Source: Alphaproteobacteria bacterium | GTDB lineage: Bacteria > Pseudomonadota > Alphaproteobacteria > UBA828 | Assembly: GCA_963422645.2 (NCBI GenBank) | Contig: CAXXVO010000010.1 | Coordinates: 26,303 to 90,302, forward strand | Direction: 5' to 3' | Length of the DNA stretch: 64,000 nt | Part shown: positions 30,674-41,063 of the stretch, piece after piece | Position numbering within the stretch: the first letter of the stretch is position 1 | How the letters are laid out: each line of letters opens with the position of its first letter | The notes under the pieces: generated by a model | Told to the model about the DNA's origin: nothing | Database searches by the model: none | The model's input: only the letters and a program-made list of their open reading frames with translations | Made by a program: the position numbers and the translations under genes

Positions 30674-31069
30674 ATGCGCGTCCTTCTCGATACGTCATAC
30701 CTCTATAAGCTCATGCGGGCCCATGGTTGGATTTCCGAGCTGGAGCGTCGGTTCTTCGACACGTGGGAGGCACGGCTCTACGTGAGCGCCGTGTCGATCT
30801 GGGAGATGCGCCTCAAGTTTCGCGCCATACATCCGTCCGGCGAGCGCAAGAGCCCTTACGATCCGAACGATGTGGTCGCCGCGCTCGAACGGCAGGGGGT
30901 GACGTTCCTGACCATGACCGCGCGGCACGCCGCGTGCGATCTCGAGACCCCAATTCCTCACAAGGACCCGTTCGACGAGCTTCTTCTGGTGCAGGCCCAG
31001 GAAGAGGGGCTAAAACTCCTCACCGACGATCGTCGACTCATCGGGCACCCCCTGACCATCACGGCATAG
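30674..31069 (+). CDS. vapC: PIN-domain VapC family toxin
   Basis: [27 protein letters not shown] and LLTDD. Confidence 0.9.
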   Translation: MRVLLDTSYLYKLMRAHGWISELERRFFDTWEARLYVSAVSIWEMRLKFRAIHPSGERKSPYDPNDVVAALERQGVTFLTMTARHAACDLETPIPHKDPFDELLLVQAQEEGLKLLTDDRRLIGHPLTITA

Positions 31070-31070
31070 C

Positions 31071-32750
31071 ATGAGCGCAGGCGACGACTTTATTCGGGCG
31101 GTGGTCCGCGCCGACCTGGAAGCCGGGCGGCATGACGAGGTGGTGACCCGCTTCCCGCCCGAGCCCAACGGCTATCTCCACATCGGGCACGCCAAGTCGA
31201 TCTGCCTCAACTTCGGCGTGCCGCAGGAGTTCGGCGGGCGCTGCCACATGCGCTTCGACGACACCAACCCCACGAAGGAGGAGCACGAGTTCATCGAGGC
31301 GATCATGGCGGACGTGCGCTGGCTCGGCTTCGACTGGGGCAGCCATCTCTATTTCGCCTCCGACCATTTCGAGCGCCTCTACGCGTGGGCCGAGCACCTG
31401 ATCCAGATTGGCGACGCCTACGTGGACGATCTTTCGGCCGAGGAAATCCGCGCGCACCGCGGCACGCTGACCGAGCCCGGGCGCGACAGCCCCTATCGCA
31501 CCCGCCCGGCGGCGGAGAGCCTGGATCTCTTCCGCCGCATGCGCGCGGGCGAGTTCGGCGAAGGCGCGCGGGTGCTGCGGGCGAAGATCGACATGGCGTC
31601 GGGCAACATCAACATGCGGGACCCCGTGCTCTACCGCATCCTGCACGCTGCCCACCCGCGCACCGGCGATGAGTGGTGCATCTATCCCACCTACGATTTC
31701 GCCCACGGGCAGTCGGACGCGATCGAGGGCGTGACGCATTCGCTCTGCACGCTTGAGTTCGAGGACCACCGCCCGCTCTACGACTGGCTTATCGAGCACC
31801 TGCCGGTGCCGATGGTGCCGCGGCAGTACGAGTTCTCGCGCCTCAATCTCAGCCACACCCTGCTCTCCAAGCGGCGCCTCACGCAGATGGTGGAGGAGGG
31901 CCGGGTGGACGGCTGGGACGACCCCCGGATGCCGACCCTGCGCGGCCTGCGCCGGCGGGGTGTGCCGCCCGAGGCGATCCGCGACTTCGTGGGCCTGCTC
32001 GCCATCTCCAAGACCAGCGACAACCTGGTGGAGCAGGCCATGCTCGACCATGCGGTGCGCGAGCGGTTGAACAAGACCGCGCCGCGCCGCTTCGGGGTGC
32101 TCAAGCCGCTCAAGCTCGTGATCGAGAACTACCCGGAAGGCGAGGGCGAGTGGGTCGACGCCCTCAACAACCCGGAGGACCCGGATGCGGGCACCCGGCA
32201 AGTCCGCTTCAGCCGCACCCTTTACGTCGAGGCCGACGACTTCATGGAGGACCCGCCCAGGAAATTCTTCCGGCTGGCGCCGGGCCGCGAGGCGCGGCTG
32301 CGCTACGGCTACCTCGTGACCTGCCAGGAGGCGGTCAAGGACTCCTCGGGCGCCGTCACCGAGCTTCGCTGCACCTACGACCCCGAGACCCGTGGCGGCC
32401 AGGCGCCGGACGGGCGCAAGGTGAGGGGCGCGCTGCACTGGCTCTCGGCGCAGGACTCGGTCGAGGCCGAGGTGCGGCTCTACGACTCCCTCTTTACCGA
32501 GCCGCTGCCGGGTACGGACGGCGGCGCGCTGTGGGACGACCTCAATCCGGCATCCCGCACCGTGCTGACCGGCTGCCGGCTCGAGCGGGCTCTCGCCGAC
32601 GCGGCGCCGGGGGAGACAGTGCAGTTCGAGCGCCAAGGCTATTTCTGCCCCGATCCGGTCTCCACCCCGGACGCGCCGGTCTTCAACCGCACGGTGGGCC
32701 TGCGCGATTCCTGGGCACGGGCGCAGAAGCGGGCGGTGAGCCAGGGCTGA
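31071..32750 (+). CDS. glnS: Glutamine--tRNA ligase
   Basis: [54 protein letters not shown] and FQFERxGYF-like motif. Confidence 0.95.
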   Translation: MSAGDDFIRAVVRADLEAGRHDEVVTRFPPEPNGYLHIGHAKSICLNFGVPQEFGGRCHMRFDDTNPTKEEHEFIEAIMADVRWLGFDWGSHLYFASDHFERLYAWAEHLIQIGDAYVDDLSAEEIRAHRGTLTEPGRDSPYRTRPAAESLDLFRRMRAGEFGEGARVLRAKIDMASGNINMRDPVLYRILHAAHPRTGDEWCIYPTYDFAHGQSDAIEGVTHSLCTLEFEDHRPLYDWLIEHLPVPMVPRQYEFSRLNLSHTLLSKRRLTQMVEEGRVDGWDDPRMPTLRGLRRRGVPPEAIRDFVGLLAISKTSDNLVEQAMLDHAVRERLNKTAPRRFGVLKPLKLVIENYPEGEGEWVDALNNPEDPDAGTRQVRFSRTLYVEADDFMEDPPRKFFRLAPGREARLRYGYLVTCQEAVKDSSGAVTELRCTYDPETRGGQAPDGRKVRGALHWLSAQDSVEAEVRLYDSLFTEPLPGTDGGALWDDLNPASRTVLTGCRLERALADAAPGETVQFERQGYFCPDPVSTPDAPVFNRTVGLRDSWARAQKRAVSQG

Positions 32751-33013
32751 GCCGCTCCCTGCACCAGGGACTTGGTGGACGTCGGGGCCGGCACGTTTTC
32801 GGGAACTGACGCTCCTGCTTGCTCAACGCCCCGGAACATGGTGCCCGTCGCGGCGCTGGCCTTGACCGAGGTGAAGGTCGTGCCGAACCCGGGTTCGGGC
32901 GTGAACTACACCTGATTGCGGAACCTTCGAGGCCGGCCGCAGCCCGAGGCGTCAGGTGCTTGTCATCGAACACGCGCCATGAAAGGTTTCGTCGCAGCGG
33001 CGGGAGCAGCTGG

Positions 33014-33694
33014 GTGGCCGATGAGTTGCAAAGGGTCGAACTGGTCATATTCGACTGCGATGGAGTCATCGCCGACAGCGAGGTCATCAGCGCAAGGCTC
33101 CTGGTCCGACAGCTCCTGCCCTACGGCATATGCATCGACACCGATTACGTCTTTCGCAACTTTGTCGGCAGGAGCTTCCCCGTCGCGGCCGGCATCATCA
33201 GCGAGCGTTTCGGAGTAGCGCTGCCCACCACGTTCGAGAGCGATTATCGCGCGGCGCTGCGCGAGGCCTTCGCCGAGAGTCTGCAGGCCACGCCCGGATT
33301 GCCCGACGTGTTGGATCAACTGACCTGCGCCTCTTGTATCGCGACCAGCTCGAGCCCACAGCGTGTGGCCTATACCCTGGAGATCCTCGGACTCACCGAC
33401 TATTTCGGCGCCGATGTCTTCACGGCGTCCCAGGTTGCGAAGGGAAAGCCGGCGCCCGACCTCTTCCTGTTCGCAGCCCGCGAGATGTCGACGCCGCCGG
33501 AGCGCTGCCTGGTAATCGAGGACAGCGTTGCGGGGATCGAAGCGGGGCTGGCGGCCGGCATGAAGGTCTGGCGTTACGTGGGTGCATCGCATATCGCCGA
33601 TCCCGCCCAGGCGCGCGATGAGACGCCGGCTGGCGTGACTGTCTTTGACAATTGGGACCGCTTTTACGTATTGGCGCCTGAACTGAGGGCGTGA
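33014..33694 (+). CDS. HAD family phosphatase
   Basis: IFDCDGVIADSE, GKPAPDLF and VIEDS; GTG start inferred. Confidence 0.88.
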   Translation: MADELQRVELVIFDCDGVIADSEVISARLLVRQLLPYGICIDTDYVFRNFVGRSFPVAAGIISERFGVALPTTFESDYRAALREAFAESLQATPGLPDVLDQLTCASCIATSSSPQRVAYTLEILGLTDYFGADVFTASQVAKGKPAPDLFLFAAREMSTPPERCLVIEDSVAGIEAGLAAGMKVWRYVGASHIADPAQARDETPAGVTVFDNWDRFYVLAPELRA

Positions 33695-33704
33695 CAGAGC
33701 GAGC

Positions 33705-34657
33705 ATGGCCAGGACCAACGGCGGCAACCGTCTGGACGACGCGGCTCGGGCCGGATGGCTCTACTACGTCGCGGGCAACACCCAGGACGAGATCGCGCAC
33801 AAGCTGGGCGTGTCGCGGCAGTCTGCGCAGAGGCTGGTGTCGCTGGCGGTCAGCGAGAAGCTGATCAAGTTCCGACTGGATCACCCCATCGCACACTGCA
33901 TGGAGCTTTCGGCGCAACTGAGTCGGCGCTTCGGTCTGCAATCCTGCGAGATCGTGCCGTCGGACCCGGGCGCGCCCGAGTCGATCACCGGCGTTGCCAT
34001 TGCCGGCGCTGCGGAGATGGAGAAGCAGCTCGATACGAAGACGCCCAGGGTCATTGCAGTGGGGACGGGTCGCGTCCTGCGCGCCTGCGTCGAGCAACTG
34101 CCGTCGATGGATTGCCCGCAGCATCACCTTGTTTCGCTGGTCGGCAATACGATGCCCGATGGGTCCGCCACCGCCTACAACGTCGTGGTGCGCATGGCCG
34201 AGCGTGTCGGCGGCCGGCACAACCCGATGCCGCTCCCCGTGCTGGTGCGCAAGCCGGCCGAGCTCCCCATACTGCACAGCCAGGAACCGGTGGCGAAGAC
34301 GCTTGGGCTGTGCGCCGACGCCGGCGCGACCTTCGTCGGGATCGGTCACATCGATGGCTCGGCGCCGCTCACGGTGGACGGGTTCATCACCCATGAGGAA
34401 AGCCGGGCGCTCATCCGCATGGGCGCGGTTGGCGAGATCGTCGGCTGGGTCTTCGATTCCAGGGCAGGCTGATCGAGGGCCTGACCAACGATCGGGTTTC
34501 GAGCGCGCCGCTGGTGCCCGCAACCCCGCGCCCGATGATCGGGCTCGCCGTCGGCGAAGTCAAGGTCGCCGCGATTCTCGGAGCCATGCGCGGCCAGCTC
34601 ATCAACGCGCTGGTCACCGACGAAGCGACGGTCGAGGCGATTCTGGCGCACGCCTGA
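33705..34657 (+). pseudogene. SorC/DeoR sugar-binding transcriptional regulator, frameshift near 34465
   Basis: HTH TQDEIAHKLGVSRQSAQR; the C-terminus (LINALVTDE) continues in another frame to the TGA at 34657. Confidence 0.8.
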
Positions 34658-34769
34658 CCAGCTTGGAGCGTTTCCCTTTCACACGGAAACGCGCACCTTC
34701 GGTTCTACGCAACTGATTCGATTGCGATTGTCTTCCGTATCTATTGCCACAGGGCGCGGAATTCAAGCC

Positions 34770-34800
34770 TGTCAATCGGCTTTCAATATTGACCCCCGAT
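34770..34800. repeat. Isolated IS21 terminal repeat remnant
   Basis: TGTCAATCGGCTTTCAATATTGACCCCCGAT differs at one base from 10003-10033. Confidence 0.8.
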
Positions 34801-34805
34801 TGGAG

Positions 34806-36439
34806 ATGCCGTAATGGGGCTTGGCGCCGGCGTGCAGCGTCTCGGCCTGTCGCGATGACGGCGAATCGGTTGTCGTTGCCCTTACACGCGTAGCGTGTTC
34901 ACGGGGTCTTGCCGCAAGGCGCGCCCCAATTCCTCTGGAGGAAAGGGCAACGACAATGGACGTCTGTATCGGGCTGGATGTATCGCTGGCAAGCACGGCG
35001 GTTTGCGTTCTCGACGAGAAGGGCAAGATCGCGACCGAGGCGCAGGTCGCCAGCACGCCTGAAGCGCTGGTTGGGTTCCTGCACAAGCTGCCGCACGAGA
35101 TCACCGCGATCGGTCTCGAGGCCGGTCCCTTGTCCCACTGGTTGCACAAGGGAATGACCGACGCCGGCTTCGAGGCCGTGTTGATGGAGACCCGGCAGGT
35201 AAAGGGTGCGCTGAAGGCCATGCCGATCAAGACCGATCGCCGGGACGCCGAGGGCATCGCACGGCTGTTGCTGATGGGGTGGTTTCGGCCGGTGCACTGC
35301 AAGTCGGTGTCATCGCAAGAGATGCGAGCCCTCCTGACCTCGCGCAAGTCCGTGCTGGACGCGATCATCCGCCTGGAGGTCTCGCTGCGCGGCGTCCTGC
35401 GTAACTTTGGCCTGAAGCTGGGCCTGATCTCGAAGGGCCGCTATGAGGCCCGAGTGCGGGAGTTGGTCGCCGGCAACGCGATGCTGGAAGCGGCAGCCGA
35501 ACCGATCCTGGGCGCGCGGGCGGCCCTGCGCCGCGAGTTCGCCGAGCTGGAGAAGCTGGTCCGCACTCTGGCAAGGCAAGACAGGGCATGCCGCCTGTTG
35601 ATGACCATGCCGGGCGTGGGGCATGTCATAGCCCTGACCTTCAAGTCCGCGATCGACGACCCGGAGCGGTTCCGAAGATCGAAGGATGTCGGCCCCTGGG
35701 TAGGGCTGACGCCGGCGCGGGAGCAGTCCGGGGAGAGGGATATTGTCGGCCGGATCACCAAGGCCGGCGATGCCGGTCTGCGCGCGGCTCTTTACCAAGC
35801 CGCAACGGTGATGCTGAACCGCACAGGGCCGAACTGGCTGAAGGCTTGGGCGCTACGTTTGGCGAAGCACAGGGGCAAGAAGCGCGCGACCGTTGCCTTG
35901 GCCCGGCGCATCGGTGTTGTGCTTCACCGAATGTGGCGGGATGGAACCGAGTTCCGCTTTACGCGCGAGGAAGCGATGGCGCTTCGGACGGCATAGGCGC
36001 GGCTGCATCCCATCGGCAGTCAGCGAGGAGAGGAGGAAAGAGCCGCGCCTGAAGGTGGGCGAGCCACCAACGTCCCCTCGCCGGGACGCGGTCCCCGATG
36101 ATGCACGTGGGCCCACTTGTTTGCCGAACCGGCCTGTCGTGTTCGAGCACGCTGTGGAGATAGGCACTCGGGAACCGATTTGGACTGGGCATGATGTTGG
36201 CAGCCGATGCGCTGACCACGGACAGAAGCGAGAACCCGGCGAAGGACACAAGACGTTGAGCAAGCGCGAGATCGATACGGTCGGCCCCATTGCACCTGAC
36301 ACCGGCAACCTCCTCCGCGCCTCACCCGGCGCCTCATAGCCAGGCCGAAGGAGCCCCTACACCACGCCAGGAAAACAACTGATTGGCGCGACAATGATCT
36401 ATTGAAAATCGAGCTTGACGGGAAACGCCCCATTACAGA
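34806..36439 (+). mobile_element. IS110 family, IS1111-group element
   Basis: Sub-terminal IRs GTAATGGGGC (34811) / GCCCCATTAC (36427); AG core on both sides; ~440-bp non-coding right end. Confidence 0.8.
34956..35996 (+). CDS. IS110/IS1111 family recombinase
   Basis: IGLDVS, GLEAG, KTDRRDA and EQSGE. Confidence 0.93.
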   Translation: MDVCIGLDVSLASTAVCVLDEKGKIATEAQVASTPEALVGFLHKLPHEITAIGLEAGPLSHWLHKGMTDAGFEAVLMETRQVKGALKAMPIKTDRRDAEGIARLLLMGWFRPVHCKSVSSQEMRALLTSRKSVLDAIIRLEVSLRGVLRNFGLKLGLISKGRYEARVRELVAGNAMLEAAAEPILGARAALRREFAELEKLVRTLARQDRACRLLMTMPGVGHVIALTFKSAIDDPERFRRSKDVGPWVGLTPAREQSGERDIVGRITKAGDAGLRAALYQAATVMLNRTGPNWLKAWALRLAKHRGKKRATVALARRIGVVLHRMWRDGTEFRFTREEAMALRTA

Positions 36440-36464
36440 AGTGGGCCCCTGGGGTCGGGCAACC

Positions 36465-36600
36465 GGGGCCGGCGCCGTCGAGAGAGTGCATTGCGGCATC
36501 GGCACGGGTATCCAGCCAGCGCTCGACGCCTGCTGCGACGGCTTCGCTGTCACCGGTGTAGGTGCCGTTCAGCCAGCGGGTGATGCTGGAGCCCTTATGG
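36465..36600 (-). pseudogene. Possible remnant of a Mu-like DNA transposition protein B N-terminus
   Basis: SSITRWLNGTYTGDSEAVAAGVERWLD resembles the HTH of transposable-phage B ATPases, by recall only. Confidence 0.45.
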
Positions 36601-36691
36601 GCTGTGAGCGTTCTGCCAAGTCCGGTGAAGGGTCGAAAACGCATGGCCTGAGGCGCTGGCCATCGAGTGCGGCCTCCCGATCCCGGGTACT

Positions 36692-37483
36692 TCAGCCGAA
36701 AACCGCACGCCCGCCTGTGAGGACCACTACCTCTCCGACCTTCGCCTGGAAGAACAGCCCGGCGCCATTGCCATCTGCGGTCACGTCGATCGCATCCCCT
36801 GGCATCACCGGTGCTGCGAGGCGCGCTTCGAGGCGTCTGAGTTCGCTCGGGTGAGCCCCCGCCGGCTCGGCGAGCATTCGCGCCGCGATCCCGAGTGTGC
36901 AGAGGCCGTGGAGGATCGGTCGATCGAAGCCGTTGGCGCGCGCGACCTCGATATCGATGTGGATCGGATGCAGGTCACCGGTCAGCCGGTAAAGCGCCGC
37001 CCGGCTACGATCGGTCGCGTGGCGGCCTTGCCAGGACGGCTGCCATTCCTGAGGCGTAGCCGACGGCCCCCGCTCGCCTCCCCAGCCTCCGCGCCCCGGC
37101 AGGAAGATGCCGTAGCGCGCCGTGAAGAGCTCGCACTCCACGACGATGGTGACAATCGCCGCCTTGCCCTTGTCCCATACCTCGGCGACCCGTCCCCGAG
37201 CCTCGAACGAGCCGTTGCGGGGCATCGGCGCGTGCACGTCCAGGCTCTGGGCAGCGTGGAGTGACCTGTTCCGGTCGTAGGCACCGAGGCCGCCTGCCGA
37301 TTCGACCGCCCAAAGGCCGAGGGCGCAGGCGTAGGTCGGCAACACCCTGAGGTCCCGCTCGTAGACGAGCTCCGTCTCGTCGCTCGAGGCCCCGACGGCG
37401 AGCGCATAGAGTATCGCGTCGCGCGTGTCGTAGCCGATGGTTCGGGTGCCGAGATCGTGCCCGGCCAGATCCTTGAGCTCCAT
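36692..37483 (-). CDS. MaoC-like (R)-enoyl-CoA hydratase 2, double hotdog fold
   Basis: ILYALAVGA and LYRLTGDLHPIHID...PILHGLCT. Confidence 0.9.
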   Translation of the reverse strand: MELKDLAGHDLGTRTIGYDTRDAILYALAVGASSDETELVYERDLRVLPTYACALGLWAVESAGGLGAYDRNRSLHAAQSLDVHAPMPRNGSFEARGRVAEVWDKGKAAIVTIVVECELFTARYGIFLPGRGGWGGERGPSATPQEWQPSWQGRHATDRSRAALYRLTGDLHPIHIDIEVARANGFDRPILHGLCTLGIAARMLAEPAGAHPSELRRLEARLAAPVMPGDAIDVTADGNGAGLFFQAKVGEVVVLTGGRAVFG

Positions 37484-37532
37484 GGGGTCGCGGTCTCCTC
37501 TATGCCGCCGCCGAGGCGCCGCTTCGCGCCTT

Positions 37533-38258
37533 TCAGACCATGAGGTAAGCGGCGCGGATTTCCTCGTTTTCGGCGAGTTCCGCCATCGATCCCTCGTAGC
37601 GGATGCGGCCTTTTTCGATGATGTAGGCGCGATCCGAAACCAGGGTCGACAAATGGAGGTTTTGTTCGGAGAGCAGAATCGACAGACCCTGCGCCTTCAG
37701 GTCGAGGATGGTCTTCGCCACCTGCTCGACGATGACGGGTGCGAGACCCTCAGAGGGCTCGTCGAGCAGCATGGTCGTTGGGTTGCCCATCAGCGTGCGT
37801 GCGATGGTCAGCATCTGTTGCTCCCCTCCGCTCATCAAGCCTCCGAGCCGGTCGCTCATCGCCGCGAGGTTAGGGAACAATGCGAAGAGCTTGTCGTGCG
37901 TCCACTCCGGCGCATTCTCGCGCCGGGGCTGGCGACCGACCTCGAGGTTCTCGGCGACGGTCAGGCTGGTGAACACGCGGCGGTCCTCGGGTACGTATCC
38001 CAGCCCGAGACGGCTGATTTGGAAGGGCTCCAACCCCTGTATCGGCTTCCCCTCGAAGGCGATTTCGCCCTTCGCGGGAGGGACCAGGCCGATGATCGAC
38101 TTGATCGTCGTCGACTTGCCTGCGCCGTTGCGGCCGAGCAGCGCCACGACCTCGCTTCGACGAAGCTCGAGCGATACCTCGGACAGGATCTGCGCCCGAC
38201 CGTAGAAGGCGTCGACACCGCTCAACTCCAGGACCGGGGCGCCTGTCGCCTCGGTCAT
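37533..38258 (-). CDS. Branched-chain amino acid-type ABC ATPase (LivF-like)
   Basis: GRNGAGKS, MSGGEQQML and LLDEPSEGLAP. Confidence 0.92.
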   Translation of the reverse strand: MTEATGAPVLELSGVDAFYGRAQILSEVSLELRRSEVVALLGRNGAGKSTTIKSIIGLVPPAKGEIAFEGKPIQGLEPFQISRLGLGYVPEDRRVFTSLTVAENLEVGRQPRRENAPEWTHDKLFALFPNLAAMSDRLGGLMSGGEQQMLTIARTLMGNPTTMLLDEPSEGLAPVIVEQVAKTILDLKAQGLSILLSEQNLHLSTLVSDRAYIIEKGRIRYEGSMAELAENEEIRAAYLMV

Positions 38259-39043
38259 GAGATTTCCACACCATGCGTGGCGCCGCTGCCCAAGTAGATC
38301 TCCTGGACCTTCTTGTTCGAGCGCACCGCCATCGGCGGGCCCTCGGAGATCAGCTCTCCCCGATCCAGCACCATGATTCGGTCGGCGTGGGTGAAGACCA
38401 CGTCCATGTCGTGTTCGGTGAAGAGAACGGCGATGTCCCGTTCGTGCACGATCTCGGCGGTGAGCTGCATCAACTCCATGCGTTCCCTGGGCGCCATGCC
38501 CGCGGTGGGTTCGTCCATCAACAAGAGTTTGGGATCGTTCGCCAGCGCGATCGCAAGCTCGACCCGCTTGAGGTCGCCGTAGGCCAGCACCCCACAGGCT
38601 CTGTCGTATTGCTGGTCCATGCCGACGCGTTCCAGCAGCGCCATGGCCTCGTCGATGTAGTGGTTCTTCGCCGGCCGCCACAGCTCCCGTGACCGGCGAT
38701 GGTAGTTGATCAACACCATTTGCACGTTCTCGCGCACGGTCATCGACGCGAAGGTCGCGGTGATCTGGAATGTCCGCCCGACGCCGAGCCGCCAGATGGA
38801 CTGGGGCGGCAGGCCCAGAATGCTGCGGCCGTTGAGCCTTACTGAGCCGGCATCCGGTCGGAGCTGGCCGTTCAGCATGTTGAAGCAGGTCGTCTTGCCC
38901 GCGCCGTTGGGTCCTATCATGGCCAGGAGCTCGCTCGACGAGAGCGTGAACGAGACCCGCTCCACCGCCTGCACGCCGCCGAACGACTTGCTCAGCGCTT
39001 CGACCTCTAGCACCGGAGCGCGCTCGTGCAGTGCCGCAGTCAT
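38255..39043 (-). CDS. ABC ATPase (LivG-like)
   Basis: GPNGAGKT, LLMDEPTAGM and EHDMD. Confidence 0.92.
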   Translation of the reverse strand: MTAALHERAPVLEVEALSKSFGGVQAVERVSFTLSSSELLAMIGPNGAGKTTCFNMLNGQLRPDAGSVRLNGRSILGLPPQSIWRLGVGRTFQITATFASMTVRENVQMVLINYHRRSRELWRPAKNHYIDEAMALLERVGMDQQYDRACGVLAYGDLKRVELAIALANDPKLLLMDEPTAGMAPRERMELMQLTAEIVHERDIAVLFTEHDMDVVFTHADRIMVLDRGELISEGPPMAVRSNKKVQEIYLGSGATHGVEIS

Positions 39044-40980
39044 GTCGCCATTTCCTCCGGCCGCACCAGCCGGAGTCGCCGCCCCAGACGCGTGCCGGCG
39101 AAACCGGCGAGCCCCTGGGGAAGCAGCAGCACCAGGGCGATGATGGTCACGCCCAGCAGGAAGCGCCAATAGCTGAGGACGCTGAAGAGATCGTTGAACC
39201 AGGTCAGCGCGGCGGCGCCGAAGATCGGGCCGAAGAGCGACTGCACACCGCCGAAGAGCACCATCAACAGAGCGTCGAAGGAGCGCGCGATTTCCAGCGT
39301 CGTCGGGAAGATGCTGCCCTTCGAGAACAGGAACAGGGAACCGGCGAGGCCCGCAAAGGCGCCGGAGACCGCAAACGCCAGCCAACGATGACGCGTAAGA
39401 TCGATGCCGATCGCGGCAGCCCGCAAGGGCGAGTCCCGGCCGGCGCGCAAGGTGTAGCCGAAGGGCGCATACAGGATGCGTCGCATGATCCAGAGCGCGG
39501 CCACGCTCAGCCCCACGGTGATGTAGTAGTAGGAGACACGCGTACTCGCCCATTGCGACGGCCAGATGTCGTTCAGGCCGTCGTCACCGCCGGTGATCTT
39601 GAGCGGCGTGCCGAACTCGTCTGCGATCCCAAAGGACTTGAGCACGCTGCCCGGCATGTCCTGGAACACGAACGCCCATGCGATCTGCGCGAAGGCGAGC
39701 GTCAGCATCGCAAAGTAGACGCCGCTCAGACGCACGCAGAACCAGCCGAACAGAAATGCGAGCAGCGCCCCGCCGACCGGCGCGGCCCAAAACGCGAGCT
39801 CGAAGGGTGCGTCCGCGAATTTCACCAGGAGCGCGGCCGCATAGGCACCGCCACCGAAATACGCAGCGTGGCCGAAGCTGACCATCCCGCCCGGGCCCAT
39901 GATGAAATGGAGCGCGGCGGCGAACAGCACGAAGACCATGATCTCGATCACCAGGACCAAGGTGAACGTGCCGACCACCTCGGGGAAGACGAGGTGCACG
40001 ATCGGAAGCACGAGGAGCACCGCGCAAGCCGCGCCGGCCAGGGCACGCACCCGCGGCAACGCCGGGCGCAGCGGCTGCTCGGGCGGACCGGAAGGAATTT
40101 GAAGTACTGACTCCGGTATGCCGAGCAGCCCCCACGGCCGGAAGATCAGGACCACCGCCATGACCAGGAACATCAGCACCAGCGTCGAGTTCGGCAGTAT
40201 CTGGATGCCGAAGGTCTGGAGGACGCCGAACAGCACCGCGGCCCAGAAGGCGCCGAAAATGCTGCCCATGCCGCCCACGACGACCACGACGAATGCGACA
40301 GCGAGGATATTGAAATCCATCAGCAGGTCGGCGCCGCCCTTGGGAATCTGAACGGCGCCACCGAGCCCGGCGAGGGCGGAGCCGAGAAAGAGAACACCGG
40401 TGAACAACCAGCGTTGGTTGACGCCCAGCGCCGCCACCATCTGCCGGTCCTGCGTCGCGGCCCGAACCAGCGTGCCCCAACGCGTCAGCTTGAAGAGCGC
40501 CCACAGGCCGATCAGCACCAGCGGCGATATCGCGATCAGGGCCAGATCGTATTCGGGAATCGGCTTGCCGAGGATATTGATCGCGCCCTTGAGGCCAGGG
40601 GCCTGCGGGCCGACCAGGTCTTCCGATCCCCAGACCCACAGAGTCACGTCCTGGATGACCAGGATGACCCCGAAGGTCGCGATCAGCTGAAAGAGCTCGG
40701 GCGCCTTGTAGATCCGGCGAAGCAGCAGGATCTCCATGACCACGCCGATGAGGCCGACGGCGACGGCGGCGATCAGTACGGCGGCCCAGAATCCAATCCC
40801 CGTGGAGCCGATCGTCTGGACCAACGTGTATCCGATATAGGCGCCCAGCATATAGAACGAGCCGTGGGCGAAGTTCACGATCCGGGTCACCCCGAAGATG
40901 ATCGACAACCCCGACGCGACCAGGAACATGGCCGCGGCGCTGGATAACCCCGTCAACAGGCTGACAATGAAATCCGCCAC
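39040..40980 (-). CDS. Fused LivH-LivM-type ABC permease
   Basis: Two BPD_transp_2-like halves (VNFAHG...; VSFGHAAYFG...). Confidence 0.9.
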   Translation of the reverse strand: MADFIVSLLTGLSSAAAMFLVASGLSIIFGVTRIVNFAHGSFYMLGAYIGYTLVQTIGSTGIGFWAAVLIAAVAVGLIGVVMEILLLRRIYKAPELFQLIATFGVILVIQDVTLWVWGSEDLVGPQAPGLKGAINILGKPIPEYDLALIAISPLVLIGLWALFKLTRWGTLVRAATQDRQMVAALGVNQRWLFTGVLFLGSALAGLGGAVQIPKGGADLLMDFNILAVAFVVVVVGGMGSIFGAFWAAVLFGVLQTFGIQILPNSTLVLMFLVMAVVLIFRPWGLLGIPESVLQIPSGPPEQPLRPALPRVRALAGAACAVLLVLPIVHLVFPEVVGTFTLVLVIEIMVFVLFAAALHFIMGPGGMVSFGHAAYFGGGAYAAALLVKFADAPFELAFWAAPVGGALLAFLFGWFCVRLSGVYFAMLTLAFAQIAWAFVFQDMPGSVLKSFGIADEFGTPLKITGGDDGLNDIWPSQWASTRVSYYYITVGLSVAALWIMRRILYAPFGYTLRAGRDSPLRAAAIGIDLTRHRWLAFAVSGAFAGLAGSLFLFSKGSIFPTTLEIARSFDALLMVLFGGVQSLFGPIFGAAALTWFNDLFSVLSYWRFLLGVTIIALVLLLPQGLAGFAGTRLGRRLRLVRPEEMAT

Positions 40981-41063
40981 GCTCCGGCTCTTCCGCTCAG
41001 ACCGCTCTTGTTCCAGACGGCAGCATCAGGAGCCGGCTGGCCGGCCCCTGACGATGCGCCGGT

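Noticed and set aside
21543-31069. In-frame antitoxin-toxin fusion at the empty site
   Set aside because: It needs a 4-A circle junction, which would frameshift the primase empty site. The 3-A junction restores both genes correctly.
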